A DNA stretch of 64,000 bases, from NCBI GenBank assembly GCA_965215605.1, contig OZ244070.1, forward strand, positions 3,552,001-3,616,000, in the 5' to 3' direction. Both the position numbers and the translations under genes were made by a program. The number at the start of each line of letters is the position of its first letter. Positions within the stretch are counted from its first letter, which is position 1. Positions 1 to 9,088 of this stretch are shown in pieces. Under the pieces are notes generated by a model. The model did not search any database and was not told the DNA's origin. It saw only the letters and a list, made by a program, of their open reading frames with translations. This DNA comes from an uncultured Candidatus Binatia bacterium (lineage in GTDB: Bacteria; Desulfobacterota; Binatia; UBA9968; JAJDTQ01).

Positions 1-1
1 C

Positions 2-295
2 ACCCCCGAGGAGTACGCCCGACTCGGCGTGGAACGGCAGAGGGTGCTCGACCTGAAGGACGCCTTCGCCCAGGGCGCCACCATCGAGGAGGCCGCAGCC
101 CTGGTGACCGAGCAAATGGTCCTGTCCTATTACGTGGCCGGCACCCCGGCCGAGGTGGCCGACCAGGTGGTGGAACTAGCCGGGCAGGCCCGGGAGCTTG
201 GCTTCGACGAGATCGCCTTCGCCAAGCTCGGCCCCGACTACGAGGAAGCCATAGAGATGCTGGCGGAAAGCGTGATGCCGCGGCTCAGCGGGTAG
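2..295 (+). CDS. LLM-class (luciferase-like) oxidoreductase, C-terminal fragment, truncated by window start
   Basis: Frame is open from base 2 (TPEEYARLGVERQRVL...DEIAFAKLGPDYEEAIEMLAESVMPRL) and closely matches the C-terminus of the next ORF. Confidence 0.85.
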   Translation, partial: TPEEYARLGVERQRVLDLKDAFAQGATIEEAAALVTEQMVLSYYVAGTPAEVADQVVELAGQARELGFDEIAFAKLGPDYEEAIEMLAESVMPRLSG

Positions 296-337
296 GCCCG
301 GCGAACAGCTACGGTACTTCAAGAAGGAGGAATCCCC

Positions 338-1417
338 ATGGCGGCATTCGACGGCAAGCTCAGTCTCCAGTTCGTCATCCACTTGGCGAATCAGTACACG
401 GTGAATCAACTCGTGGAGTTGGCCGGGCTGGCGCACAGCCGTGGATTCGAGCGGATATGGGTCAACGACAACGCGCGTTACCGGAGCCAGGTGGTGGTGC
501 TCGCCGCCATAGCGGCCCGCGTTCCCGTCGGCATCGGCACCGCGATCCTCGTGCCGTACCTTCACCATCCCATCGAGGTGGTGGATTCGTTGGCGGCGTT
601 GTCCGAGTTGAGCGACGGGAGGGAGATCGGCTTCGGCCTCGCCCGCGGCGACCTGGCGCAGACGCCGCAGCACGTGGACGTACACCGGCCCATCTCGCTG
701 GTACGGGAACTGGCCGTGTTCACGCGGCGCGCGCTCGCCGGCGAGCGTGTCCCCTATGGCGACTTCCCCGTGCTCAGCGAATACTACCATCTGAACCCGG
801 CCGGCAGCTTCCAGTTGGCCTTCAAGCCGAGGTCGCCGGTGGTGATGTATTCCGGGGGGAACGGCCCCCAGTCCCTGCGCATGGGAGGCCAGGTGATGGA
901 CGGACTCATCAGCTCCGGCACCTTCATCCCGATGCTCCGGGCGGGCCGCCTGAAGGAGATGCATGACATGATCGAGGCGGGCGCCCGCAGCGTGGACCCG
1001 CACAAGACCTTGCGCAAGATGGTGGAGCTCAACGTGTCCGTTTCGCAGGACCGTGACGCCGCCATCGAGTTCCCCAAGCCACAGGTGTCCCATTCGATCC
1101 TGCAATGGGAAGCGTTGAACTTCACTCCGGAGGAATACGACCGCCTCGGGGTGGAGCGGGAAAAGGTGCTCGAGCTCAAGCAGGCGTTCGCCCAAGGCGC
1201 CACCGTCGAGGAAGCGGCGGAGATGGTGACCGAAGAGATGGTGCTGAACTACTACGTCGCCGGGCGGCCGGAGGAGGTGGCGGATCAGATCGTCGAGCTC
1301 TCCCAACAGGCCCAGGTCCTGGGCTACGACGAGATCGCCTTCGCCAAGCTCGGCCCGGACTACGAAGAGGCCATCAACATGCTCGCGGACAGCGTGATGC
1401 CGAGGCTGAAGGGATAA
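338..1417 (+). CDS. LLM-class flavin/F420-dependent oxidoreductase (Mer-like)
   Basis: AAGGAGG RBS; GFERIWVND, GIGTAILVPYLHHP and GLARG motifs typical of the LLM TIM barrel. Confidence 0.85.
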   Translation: MAAFDGKLSLQFVIHLANQYTVNQLVELAGLAHSRGFERIWVNDNARYRSQVVVLAAIAARVPVGIGTAILVPYLHHPIEVVDSLAALSELSDGREIGFGLARGDLAQTPQHVDVHRPISLVRELAVFTRRALAGERVPYGDFPVLSEYYHLNPAGSFQLAFKPRSPVVMYSGGNGPQSLRMGGQVMDGLISSGTFIPMLRAGRLKEMHDMIEAGARSVDPHKTLRKMVELNVSVSQDRDAAIEFPKPQVSHSILQWEALNFTPEEYDRLGVEREKVLELKQAFAQGATVEEAAEMVTEEMVLNYYVAGRPEEVADQIVELSQQAQVLGYDEIAFAKLGPDYEEAINMLADSVMPRLKG

Positions 1418-1421
1418 CGGC

Positions 1422-1973
1422 CTACAGGCTGCGCTTCTTCTGCCGCGCCTGCAGCGCTTCGAGGTTCTGTTGCGCCCCCTCGGCGAAGGGGTGGACGGCG
1501 AGGGTGGCCTCGAAGGCGCTAATGGCGGCCTCGTCGTTGCCCAATGCCGTCATGATGAGTCCCAGGCCGGAGAGCGCGCCGAAGTGGCGCGGCTCGAGCT
1601 CCAGGGTCTTGTCGATGTCGTTCACCGACGCCCGGTAGTCGCCCATGAGATAGTGGACCGTGGCCCGCTTGTTCCACGCTTCGGCGAATAGGGGGGCGAG
1701 GTCGATGATCTCGCTGAAGGTTTGCACCGACGCCGGGTAGTCCTGGGCGGACATCTCCGTCAGCCCCCGGCGCATCAGCTCGTTGACGCGGTCGTCGTCG
1801 GATTGATGCCATATGGCCCATATCAGGTTCGCCGCCACGGCTGCATCGCCGGCGTCGTCGGTGGTCTGTATCCGGGTGAAGAGCGCTTCCAGTCGCGGGT
1901 CCATCTGATCGGCCATGGGGGTTGCGGGTGCGATCAAGAGAAACGTGACGAGTATCGTTCCGGCAATCCGCAC
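1422..1973 (-). CDS. Exported tetratricopeptide-repeat protein
   Basis: TPR motifs (AEAWNKRATVHYLMGDY, LELEPRHFGALSGLG). GTG start at 1973 chosen because it gives a signal-peptide-like N-terminus and lies just behind a promoter-like motif. Confidence 0.8.
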   Translation of the reverse strand: MRIAGTILVTFLLIAPATPMADQMDPRLEALFTRIQTTDDAGDAAVAANLIWAIWHQSDDDRVNELMRRGLTEMSAQDYPASVQTFSEIIDLAPLFAEAWNKRATVHYLMGDYRASVNDIDKTLELEPRHFGALSGLGLIMTALGNDEAAISAFEATLAVHPFAEGAQQNLEALQARQKKRSL

Positions 1974-1979
1974 GGTGCC

Positions 1980-2009
1980 ACAATACAGGGTCCGGTTTCG
2001 GCGCGTCAA
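1980..2009 (-). promoter_or_regulatory. Putative sigma70 promoter TTGACG-N18-TATTGT (leaderless)
   Basis: Minus strand reads TTGACG (2009-2004), 18 nt, TATTGT (1985-1980), then 6 nt to the GTG at 1973. Confidence 0.45.
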
Positions 2010-2135
2010 CACGCGGACGGCGGCACCTTCGGGTCGGTTGCCGGCGGGAATCAAGTTCGTTATGCAAGGGTCACGGGTGCGGCCGCGGACAACGGCCGCC
2101 CGCCCGGCAATTCACCCAAGGGAGTCATTCGAAAT

Positions 2136-3083
2136 ATGGGAACGACACTGATCACCGGAGTGGGCCTCGTCGGCACCTCGTTCGCGCAGCACGCTCTGAA
2201 GCGCAACGAGAAGCTGGTGTTCTACGACTTCATGCCGCGCGCGGAGTACCTGCACCGGAAGCTCGGGACCGCGGACGTGGATGTGGTGCAGAAGGATATC
2301 CGGGATCTGCCGGCGCTGACGGAGACCATGCAGCGCCACCAGCCGGAGACCGTCATCCACACCGCCGGCCTCATCGGCGGGCGGGTGGAGGAGTCGCTCT
2401 ACAGCGGGCTCCAGATCAACGTGATGGGAACCATCAACGTGCTGGAGGCCGCGCGGCTCACCGGGGTGAAGCGTTTCGTGCTGATCAGCACCTTCGGCGC
2501 CTATGACCGGCGTCGGGCCGGGAATGAACCCACCCACGAGGACATGCCCCGGGGCCCTGGAGCCGGTTACGGCAACTCCAAGGCCACCAAGGAACTGATG
2601 GCGGAAGCGTACCAGCGGCTCTACGGCTTCGAGCTGCTGACGCTGCGGCTGGCCAACGCCTACGGGCTTGGGCATTTCTGGGGCGGCTCCGGCGGCGGCG
2701 AGAAGGTGCAGATGCTGTTGGAGGCGGGTATCCGCGGAGAGGTGGCGAGGATTCCCCAAGCCCAGACCATGACCTTCGAGTACGTCTACGCCAAGGACAT
2801 GGGACGGGCCGTGGACCTGGCGGCCACGGTGCCGGTGCCCGAGAAGACCACGTTCAACATCGGCGTCGGCCAGGTGACGACCTTCGACGACCTCGTGGCC
2901 GCGGCGGAGCGGCAGTTCCCCAAGCTGGAGGTGGAGGTGATCCCCGGCAGCCCGCCCGCGGTGTCCGCCAGCTCGCCGCTGGATATATCCCGGGCGAAGC
3001 AATATCTGGGCTGGGAGCCGCAATACACCATGGATGCGGCGTTCGAGGACTACGTCCAGGATCTCCGGGCGGTCATGGAGTGA
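2136..3083 (+). CDS. NAD-dependent epimerase/dehydratase (extended SDR)
   Basis: LITGVGLVG Rossmann motif and YGNSK (YxxxK). ATG at 2136 follows GGGAG; the ORF-track extension to 1722 overlaps the TPR gene. Confidence 0.85.
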   Translation: MGTTLITGVGLVGTSFAQHALKRNEKLVFYDFMPRAEYLHRKLGTADVDVVQKDIRDLPALTETMQRHQPETVIHTAGLIGGRVEESLYSGLQINVMGTINVLEAARLTGVKRFVLISTFGAYDRRRAGNEPTHEDMPRGPGAGYGNSKATKELMAEAYQRLYGFELLTLRLANAYGLGHFWGGSGGGEKVQMLLEAGIRGEVARIPQAQTMTFEYVYAKDMGRAVDLAATVPVPEKTTFNIGVGQVTTFDDLVAAAERQFPKLEVEVIPGSPPAVSASSPLDISRAKQYLGWEPQYTMDAAFEDYVQDLRAVME

Positions 3084-3739
3084 GCATGGAACTGCTTCAC
3101 TGCGTGTACGAGCCCGAGGGAGAGGGCCCTCATCCGACGATCCTGGCGCTGCACGGCCGGGGCGCCAACGCCACGGACCTGCTGGGCCTCGCGCCCCATC
3201 TGTGCGGCGGCGCGTTCCGGGTCATCTGTCCGCAGGCGCCGCTGGAGGTGGCGTTGGGTCCGGGCATGACCGGTTACGCTTGGTTCCCCATGTCGTCGGG
3301 CGGCGACATCGACACCGCCGCCTTCCTGTCCGCCCGCGACCGGCTCCGGATGTTCGTGGACCAATGCGCCGAGCGTTATCCCCTGGGAAGCCGCAAGCTC
3401 GTCCTGCTGGGCTTCAGCCAGGGCGGCGGGATGGCCTACAGCTTGGGACTGTCCGAGCCGGACCGTTTCGCGGGCATGTGCGTCCTGAGCTCGTGGCTGC
3501 GGGAGGGCACGCTGAGCGCCTTGGGCGTGGCCGACCGGGTGGACGCGCTGCCGACCCTGGTGCACCACGGCAAGCGGGACGAGTTGATCGAGCTGGCGCG
3601 GGCCACGCACTCCATCGAGTTGCTCAGGAAGCTGCAGGTCCCGGTGGACTACACCGAATACGACATGGGACACGAGATCACTTCCCGGAGCCTCGCCGAT
3701 CTGTCCGGCTGGCTCCAGGCGAAGGGGCTGGCAGTCTAG
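3080..3739 (+). CDS. Phospholipase/carboxylesterase family alpha/beta hydrolase
   Basis: LHGRG, GFSQGG nucleophile elbow, HGKRDELI and MGHEI catalytic D/H. Confidence 0.9.
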   Translation: MSMELLHCVYEPEGEGPHPTILALHGRGANATDLLGLAPHLCGGAFRVICPQAPLEVALGPGMTGYAWFPMSSGGDIDTAAFLSARDRLRMFVDQCAERYPLGSRKLVLLGFSQGGGMAYSLGLSEPDRFAGMCVLSSWLREGTLSALGVADRVDALPTLVHHGKRDELIELARATHSIELLRKLQVPVDYTEYDMGHEITSRSLADLSGWLQAKGLAV

Positions 3740-3803
3740 CAGCCTGCGCCGAAGGGACGGATGAGAGCGGATTTGCAGCCGTGAATTCCTGCGGCGCAAG
3801 CTC

Positions 3804-4661
3804 CTAGGCCAGATAGATGACGATGATGCCGGCGATCACGAACAGCGTGGCGATGCCGGTACGAAGCGTCACCTGCTCGATGTCCCGTGAGAACAGCACG
3901 GTGCCCAGCAGCACCCACAGGGGCGCGACGCACACGATGGGGCCCACCACCACCACGTTGCCGATGCCCAGTGCCGCCACCAGCGCCCAGATACCCACCG
4001 CCTCGAACACTCCCGTGACCAGGAAATAGGGCATGGCCCGCCGGTCGAACACGATGTTTGTCCTGGCCCGGCGGCTGAAGAGGTTGAGCAGCAACGGGCT
4101 CATCGCGGCCGCGCCCATGACCGCGCTCAGGAACAGCGGCTCGTTGGCGATGGTCAGCCCGTAGCGCCGGATCGGGTGGTTCACGCCCGCCGTGAGCGCG
4201 GCGGCCAGCGGGAAGAGCAGCTCCCACGTCCGGTAGGTCTTCTGCTGCTGCGGGTTCCACGAAAGCAGGACGATGCCCAGCACCACCGCTCCGGTCCCGG
4301 AAAGCAGCAAGGGGGTGACGGTCTCGTTCAGGAAAAGCACGGCCAGCGCGGTGCCGAAGAGGGGATTGGTGGCCTGGACGGTGCTGGTGACGCTGGCTCC
4401 GAGGCGGGCCACGCCGTGATAGGCGAACAGTCGCGTGCCGAGCTGGATCCAGCCGCCGGCCACGAAGCAGAGCGTGGCCATCCAGGGGATGCTGGGGATG
4501 CCGCCGGTGAGGAAGACGATCGTCCACAGGATGGTAGTGTTCACGGCCAGCGCCACGTAGGCGGCGGTGGAGGGCGTCGAGTACACCAGGCCCCGCCGGG
4601 TGGCCAGGAAGCAGCCGGCGTAGAAAAACGAGGTCACCAGGGCGAGGAATTGGGGCGACAT
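3804..4661 (-). CDS. EamA/DMT family transporter
   Basis: About 10 hydrophobic helices in two repeats; LAVLFLNE motif. Confidence 0.85.
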   Translation of the reverse strand: MSPQFLALVTSFFYAGCFLATRRGLVYSTPSTAAYVALAVNTTILWTIVFLTGGIPSIPWMATLCFVAGGWIQLGTRLFAYHGVARLGASVTSTVQATNPLFGTALAVLFLNETVTPLLLSGTGAVVLGIVLLSWNPQQQKTYRTWELLFPLAAALTAGVNHPIRRYGLTIANEPLFLSAVMGAAAMSPLLLNLFSRRARTNIVFDRRAMPYFLVTGVFEAVGIWALVAALGIGNVVVVGPIVCVAPLWVLLGTVLFSRDIEQVTLRTGIATLFVIAGIIVIYLA

Positions 4662-4691
4662 GAAGGTGTGTGGCGGCGGGGCGCGTCAGCG

Positions 4692-5261
4692 TCAGGACGA
4701 CAGGCTTCGGGCCCATGCCGCCAGCGCGGTTACGACGTCCGCCACGGCTCCCTTGACGTCGTCGTGGCCCTGTTTGAGATTGCCTTCTTCGTCGAACCGC
4801 TGCCGCCCGTTGTTGACGTAGAGCTCGGGCTTGGGGAGCACGATGGTTTCCGTGAAGACGAAAGACTGCCGCAGCGCGAGCTGCGCCCGGACCGTGCCCC
4901 AGGGGCCGCCGGAGACTCCCACCACGGCCGCGGGTTTCTTCTTCAACGGCGAGTTCTGGGGCGGCCGCGAGGCCCAGTCCACGGCGTTCTTGAGCACCCA
5001 GGGGACCGAGTAGTTGTACTCCGGCGTGGCGATCAACAGCGCGTCCGCGGCCCGGATGGCTTCCTTGAACTCCGCCACCGGCTCCGGATCGCCCTGTTTC
5101 TCCACGTCCTCGTTGTACAGCGGGATGACGGCAAGATCGAAGCTGTGGACGTCGATCCCTTCCGGCGCCGCCTCCTGCGCGATGCGGATCAGACCGCGGT
5201 TGTAGGAATGGGCCCTGAGACTGCCCGCGAACGCAAGTATCTTGAACGACTGTGCTGCCAT
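4692..5261 (-). CDS. NAD(P)H-dependent FMN reductase (ChrR/SsuE family)
   Basis: GSLR...SYN, ATPEYNYS, LKNAVDWASR motifs. Confidence 0.9.
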   Translation of the reverse strand: MAAQSFKILAFAGSLRAHSYNRGLIRIAQEAAPEGIDVHSFDLAVIPLYNEDVEKQGDPEPVAEFKEAIRAADALLIATPEYNYSVPWVLKNAVDWASRPPQNSPLKKKPAAVVGVSGGPWGTVRAQLALRQSFVFTETIVLPKPELYVNNGRQRFDEEGNLKQGHDDVKGAVADVVTALAAWARSLSS

Positions 5262-5339
5262 GAACGGTGCTCCATTGGTGAGGCTCAGTTGAACGGCTGA
5301 GCCGGCTCCGTCGCCGGGCCCGCGTACGGGCCGGTTCGG

Positions 5340-6098
5340 CTATTCTTCCGCCAGGTCCCTGCTGGTCCCGATGCGATCGACCAAGGGGAGCTTGAGCGCG
5401 GGCCGGGCGACGTCGAGGCCGAACACCAGCCCGAGCAGATTGATCTCGAGCCCCTCCTGGATCCCCACCGCCGCCCCCAGCAGTCCGTAGATGGAGAGCT
5501 GCCAGCCGGTGCCGCTCGGGGTCCGGGCAAGAAACTTCCCCTCGTCGAGGTAGTCCTTGCCGACGGCGTTGGACGGAAGCGCCGCCTCGAGCTCCGGGAC
5601 CTGACGGGCCACGTAGGCGGTGAAGGTGTTGCTGTTGGGGCCGGGCCACAGCCGGTAGGAATTCGGATACGGGTAGCTCTCGGCGGCCTTGCGGATGCCC
5701 GGAATCGCGCGCGCGGCCGCCGCTCCCCGGAGGTCCGCCATGATTTTCGGACGGCTGTCGAACCACAGCCGGTCGGGGATGTCTTCCTGCACCACCACCA
5801 CCGGCAGTCCGCGGTACGAGCGCCAGCCCACCACCTGGTAGACCACGTACGTCCGGGCTCCGGCCTCCTTCGTGGCGATCCACGTGTGCACGCCGAAAAT
5901 GCCGCGCCAGTTGAATGCCCGCGCGGCATAGAGCTGCACCACGGCCTCCGGCGTGGCGGCCGGATCCGGCGCGATGCCCGAGCTTTCGCGGCTGGCGGTG
6001 CGCCAGTCCTTGTTCCAGGCTCCCGATGCGCTGACGACGAAAGTCGAGACAAGCGCGAGGAACAGAACGATGAGGGTGATGATCAGGATGTTTCGCAC
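5340..6098 (-). CDS. DUF3750-like protein with N-terminal signal/anchor
   Basis: WRTASRESSGIAPDP, HTWI and YRLWPGPNSNTF motifs recognised as DUF3750. Confidence 0.75.
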   Translation of the reverse strand: MRNILIITLIVLFLALVSTFVVSASGAWNKDWRTASRESSGIAPDPAATPEAVVQLYAARAFNWRGIFGVHTWIATKEAGARTYVVYQVVGWRSYRGLPVVVVQEDIPDRLWFDSRPKIMADLRGAAAARAIPGIRKAAESYPYPNSYRLWPGPNSNTFTAYVARQVPELEAALPSNAVGKDYLDEGKFLARTPSGTGWQLSIYGLLGAAVGIQEGLEINLLGLVFGLDVARPALKLPLVDRIGTSRDLAEE

Positions 6099-6251
6099 CG
6101 GGTTGCCGTCATGCGCGCCTGGCCGACCGGCTGCCGGCCGGCCCCCGCGCTTCTTGACACCGAATCCCCAGGCCGGTTACTAGTGCTGGTTGTGCGGGAT
6201 TGTGAGGATACCTTCTGCGAGTCTAGGTGAAATCGTCCGAGGAGACAAATC

Positions 6252-7370
6252 ATGGCACAGAACGGGCACCCTTTGGTGGTGGATGCCGACGCCCACGTGA
6301 TCGAGACGGAACGCACCTGGGACTACCTCGAAGGCTCCGACAGGAAGTTCAGGCCGGTGCTGTTCGGCTCTCCCGACACGGACAAGCAGTACTGGGTGCT
6401 GGATGGAAAGATACGGGGAGCGCGTTTCGCCACCCTGAGCGAGCAGCAGCTCGACGATCTATCCGACAAGGCCGGCCGCCGTTTCACCACGCCGCAGGCC
6501 TCCCGCGAAGTCGATGACGTGGGGCTGCGCCTGGCGCAGCTCGACGAACTGGGGGTGGACGTCCAGGTCATGCACAACACGCTCTGGATCGAGCGGGTGG
6601 CGGATCATGTGGACGCCGAGACGGCGCTTTGCCTGGCTTGGAACCGCTGGATGGCCGACGTCTGGAAGGCGGGGCAGGGCAGGCTCCGGTGGTCCTGCGT
6701 GATACCCGCCATGGACCTGAACGAGGCGCTGCCGCAGATACGTTTCGCGCGCGAGCACGGCGCGGTGGCGGTGTGCATGCGGCCCTACGAAGGCGACCGG
6801 CACTTGGTGGACCCTTACTTCTATCCGGTTTTCGAGCTGGCCTCTGAGCTGGACATGGCCATCGGCGTGCACATCGCCAACGGCAGCGCCGGACTGACCT
6901 CGCATTTCCGGCCCCGGTACGACAAGACCGGCGGCTTCGCGCCGTTCCGGGTCCCCACGGTGGTGACCTGCCTGTCGCTGATCATGAGCGAGGTTCCGCG
7001 GGTCTTCCCGGACCTTCGCTGGGGCTTCATCGAGTCGTCGGCCCAGTGGGTGCCCTGGATCGTCAACGAAGCGAAACGCCGCTCGGGGAAGGCGGAGTAT
7101 CCCGACAATCCCTTCAAGGAGTACAAAGTCTACGTAACGGCCCAGACCGATGACGATTTCCCGTTCGTGCTGAAGTACGCGGGCGAGGACAACCTCGTCA
7201 TCGGAACCGACTACGGCCACACCGATTCCTCCAGCGAAGTGGACGCCATCACCAAGTTCAAGGCGGACCCCACGGTGGAAGACGATGCCAGGCGCAAGAT
7301 CCTGAGCGACAATCCCATGGCGCTCTACGGCATCCAACAACCCGAGAAGGAGAACGGCAATGTCCGGTAA
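6252..7370 (+). CDS. Amidohydrolase_2 family protein (ACMSD/LigW-like decarboxylase or hydratase), copy 1
   Basis: VDADAHV metal motif, IGVH, GFIES, IGTDYGH; GAGGAG RBS. Confidence 0.85.
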   Translation: MAQNGHPLVVDADAHVIETERTWDYLEGSDRKFRPVLFGSPDTDKQYWVLDGKIRGARFATLSEQQLDDLSDKAGRRFTTPQASREVDDVGLRLAQLDELGVDVQVMHNTLWIERVADHVDAETALCLAWNRWMADVWKAGQGRLRWSCVIPAMDLNEALPQIRFAREHGAVAVCMRPYEGDRHLVDPYFYPVFELASELDMAIGVHIANGSAGLTSHFRPRYDKTGGFAPFRVPTVVTCLSLIMSEVPRVFPDLRWGFIESSAQWVPWIVNEAKRRSGKAEYPDNPFKEYKVYVTAQTDDDFPFVLKYAGEDNLVIGTDYGHTDSSSEVDAITKFKADPTVEDDARRKILSDNPMALYGIQQPEKENGNVR

Positions 7371-8448
7371 CGGAACCAACATGGTGGTGGACGCGGACGC
7401 TCACGTGGTGGAGACGGAGGCGACGTGGGACTATCTGGATGCGTCGGAGAAGAAGTTTCGCCCGCAGCTCTTCGGCTCCCCCGAGGATAGGACCACCCAG
7501 TACTGGGTGCTGGACGGCAGAGTGCTGGGTTTCCGGTTCCAGAGCCTGAGCGAGCAGCAGCTCGACGAGGTGTCGGCCAAGGCGGGCCGGCAGATGCAGA
7601 CGCCCCAGGACGCCCGGGAACTGCGCGACGTGCAGTTGCGCCTCGATCACCTGGACGAGCTCGGCATCGACGTCCAGGTCCTGTACAACACCATGTGGAT
7701 CGAGCAGGTGACGGACCACGCCGACGCCGAGATCGCCCTGTGCGGGAGCTGGAACCGCTGGATGGCGGACGTCTGGAAGCAGGGCGGCGGACGCCTCCGG
7801 TGGATCTGCGTGGTGCCGGCCATGACCATGAACGAAGCGCTCGAGCAGATCCGGTTCGCCCGGGAGCACGGCGCCGTGGGCGTGTGCCTCCGTCCCTTCG
7901 AGGGCGACCGGCACCTGGTGGATCCGTACTTCTATCCGATCTTCGACGAAGCCCAGCGTCTCGACATGATGATGGGCATCCACATCGCCATCGGCAGCCC
8001 CAAGATGGCAACGCAGTTCCGGCCCCGCTACGACAGCGGCGGCGGCCTGCCGGTGTTTCGCATCCCCACGGTCTCCACCTGTTTCACGGTGATGATGAGC
8101 GAGGTGCCCAAGGTCTTTCCGGACCTGCGTTGGGGATTCATCGAGTCGTCGGCCCAATGGGTGCCGTGGGTGGTGAACGAAACCATCCGGAGGTCGGGGA
8201 CGGCGGAATACCCCGAGAACCCCATGAAGGCGTTCCACATCTATGTGTCGGCCCAGACCGATGACGACTTCCCCTACGTTCTCAAGTACGCGGGAGACGA
8301 CAACATCGTCATCGGCACGGACTACGGCCACACCGACGCCTCCAGCGAAGTGGACGCGTTCACGATCTTCAACGGCAACGAGACCATTTCCGCGGAGCAG
8401 AAGCGGAAGATCCTGAGCGACAACGCCCGGGCGCTCTACGGGCTGTAG
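7360..8448 (+). CDS. Amidohydrolase_2 family protein, copy 2 (tandem paralog)
   Basis: Same motifs as 6252 and clearly similar along the whole length; AAGGAG RBS. Confidence 0.85.
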   Translation: MSGNGTNMVVDADAHVVETEATWDYLDASEKKFRPQLFGSPEDRTTQYWVLDGRVLGFRFQSLSEQQLDEVSAKAGRQMQTPQDARELRDVQLRLDHLDELGIDVQVLYNTMWIEQVTDHADAEIALCGSWNRWMADVWKQGGGRLRWICVVPAMTMNEALEQIRFAREHGAVGVCLRPFEGDRHLVDPYFYPIFDEAQRLDMMMGIHIAIGSPKMATQFRPRYDSGGGLPVFRIPTVSTCFTVMMSEVPKVFPDLRWGFIESSAQWVPWVVNETIRRSGTAEYPENPMKAFHIYVSAQTDDDFPYVLKYAGDDNIVIGTDYGHTDASSEVDAFTIFNGNETISAEQKRKILSDNARALYGL

Positions 8449-8467
8449 GGACGCGACGGGGTCGAGG

Positions 8468-8500
8468 GCAAAAGGCCGGGACGGTGTCCCGGCCTTTTGC
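8468..8500. terminator. Bidirectional intrinsic terminator
   Basis: Perfect 15-bp inverted repeat GCAAAAGGCCGGGAC-ggt-GTCCCGGCCTTTTGC between convergent genes, with A and T tracts. Confidence 0.85.
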
Positions 8501-8521
8501 GTTTGGCGGCGTGGACGAGGC

Positions 8522-9088
8522 TCAACCCTTGAAGGGGCTCGTGACCTGGTAGCAGAAGCTGTTGAAGAGCGGGGTGGTGGTCAGGCCGGTCCAGGTGAAG
8601 AGTTTGCCTTCGGCGAAGAAGATGTGCATGCCGCAGTCGAACACCAGCACCACCCCGGCCAGGACCCCCACGGTGATGCCGATGACGGTGAGCCACCTCT
8701 CGCCGGCGCTCTTGAGATAGAGCAGCGTCGCCAGCCCGATCCCCAACTGGAAGCCCAGCAGCCAGATGGCGGCGGCGAAGCCCAGGATCCAGCCGATGAT
8801 GTTGGCGGTCCGGCGCCGTTCCTCGGCGGGGTCCAGGGGCTCGGCCTCCCTCTCCAGCAGCGAGGGGTCGGCGAGCCCCGGCTCGTCGCTGCCGGCGGGG
8901 ACGGCCTGCTCCGGCCGCCCCAGGATCTCCCGCCCAAGCTGGAGCGCCAGCAGCGCCGCGGTGGGCAGGCCGATGAGCCAGGCCATGAGGCTGGCCTGCA
9001 ACTCCCAGCCGTAGGCCTCCCACAGCGCCCACGCCATGACCAGGAACAACGCGCCGGTGAAGGCGATGGAGAAGCGTCGGGAACTCAT
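8522..9088 (-). CDS. tctB: Tripartite tricarboxylate transporter small membrane subunit (TctB-like)
   Basis: ATG at 9088 overlaps the tctA stop; 188 aa with 4-5 TM helices; operon context. Confidence 0.7.
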   Translation of the reverse strand: MSSRRFSIAFTGALFLVMAWALWEAYGWELQASLMAWLIGLPTAALLALQLGREILGRPEQAVPAGSDEPGLADPSLLEREAEPLDPAEERRRTANIIGWILGFAAAIWLLGFQLGIGLATLLYLKSAGERWLTVIGITVGVLAGVVLVFDCGMHIFFAEGKLFTWTGLTTTPLFNSFCYQVTSPFKG

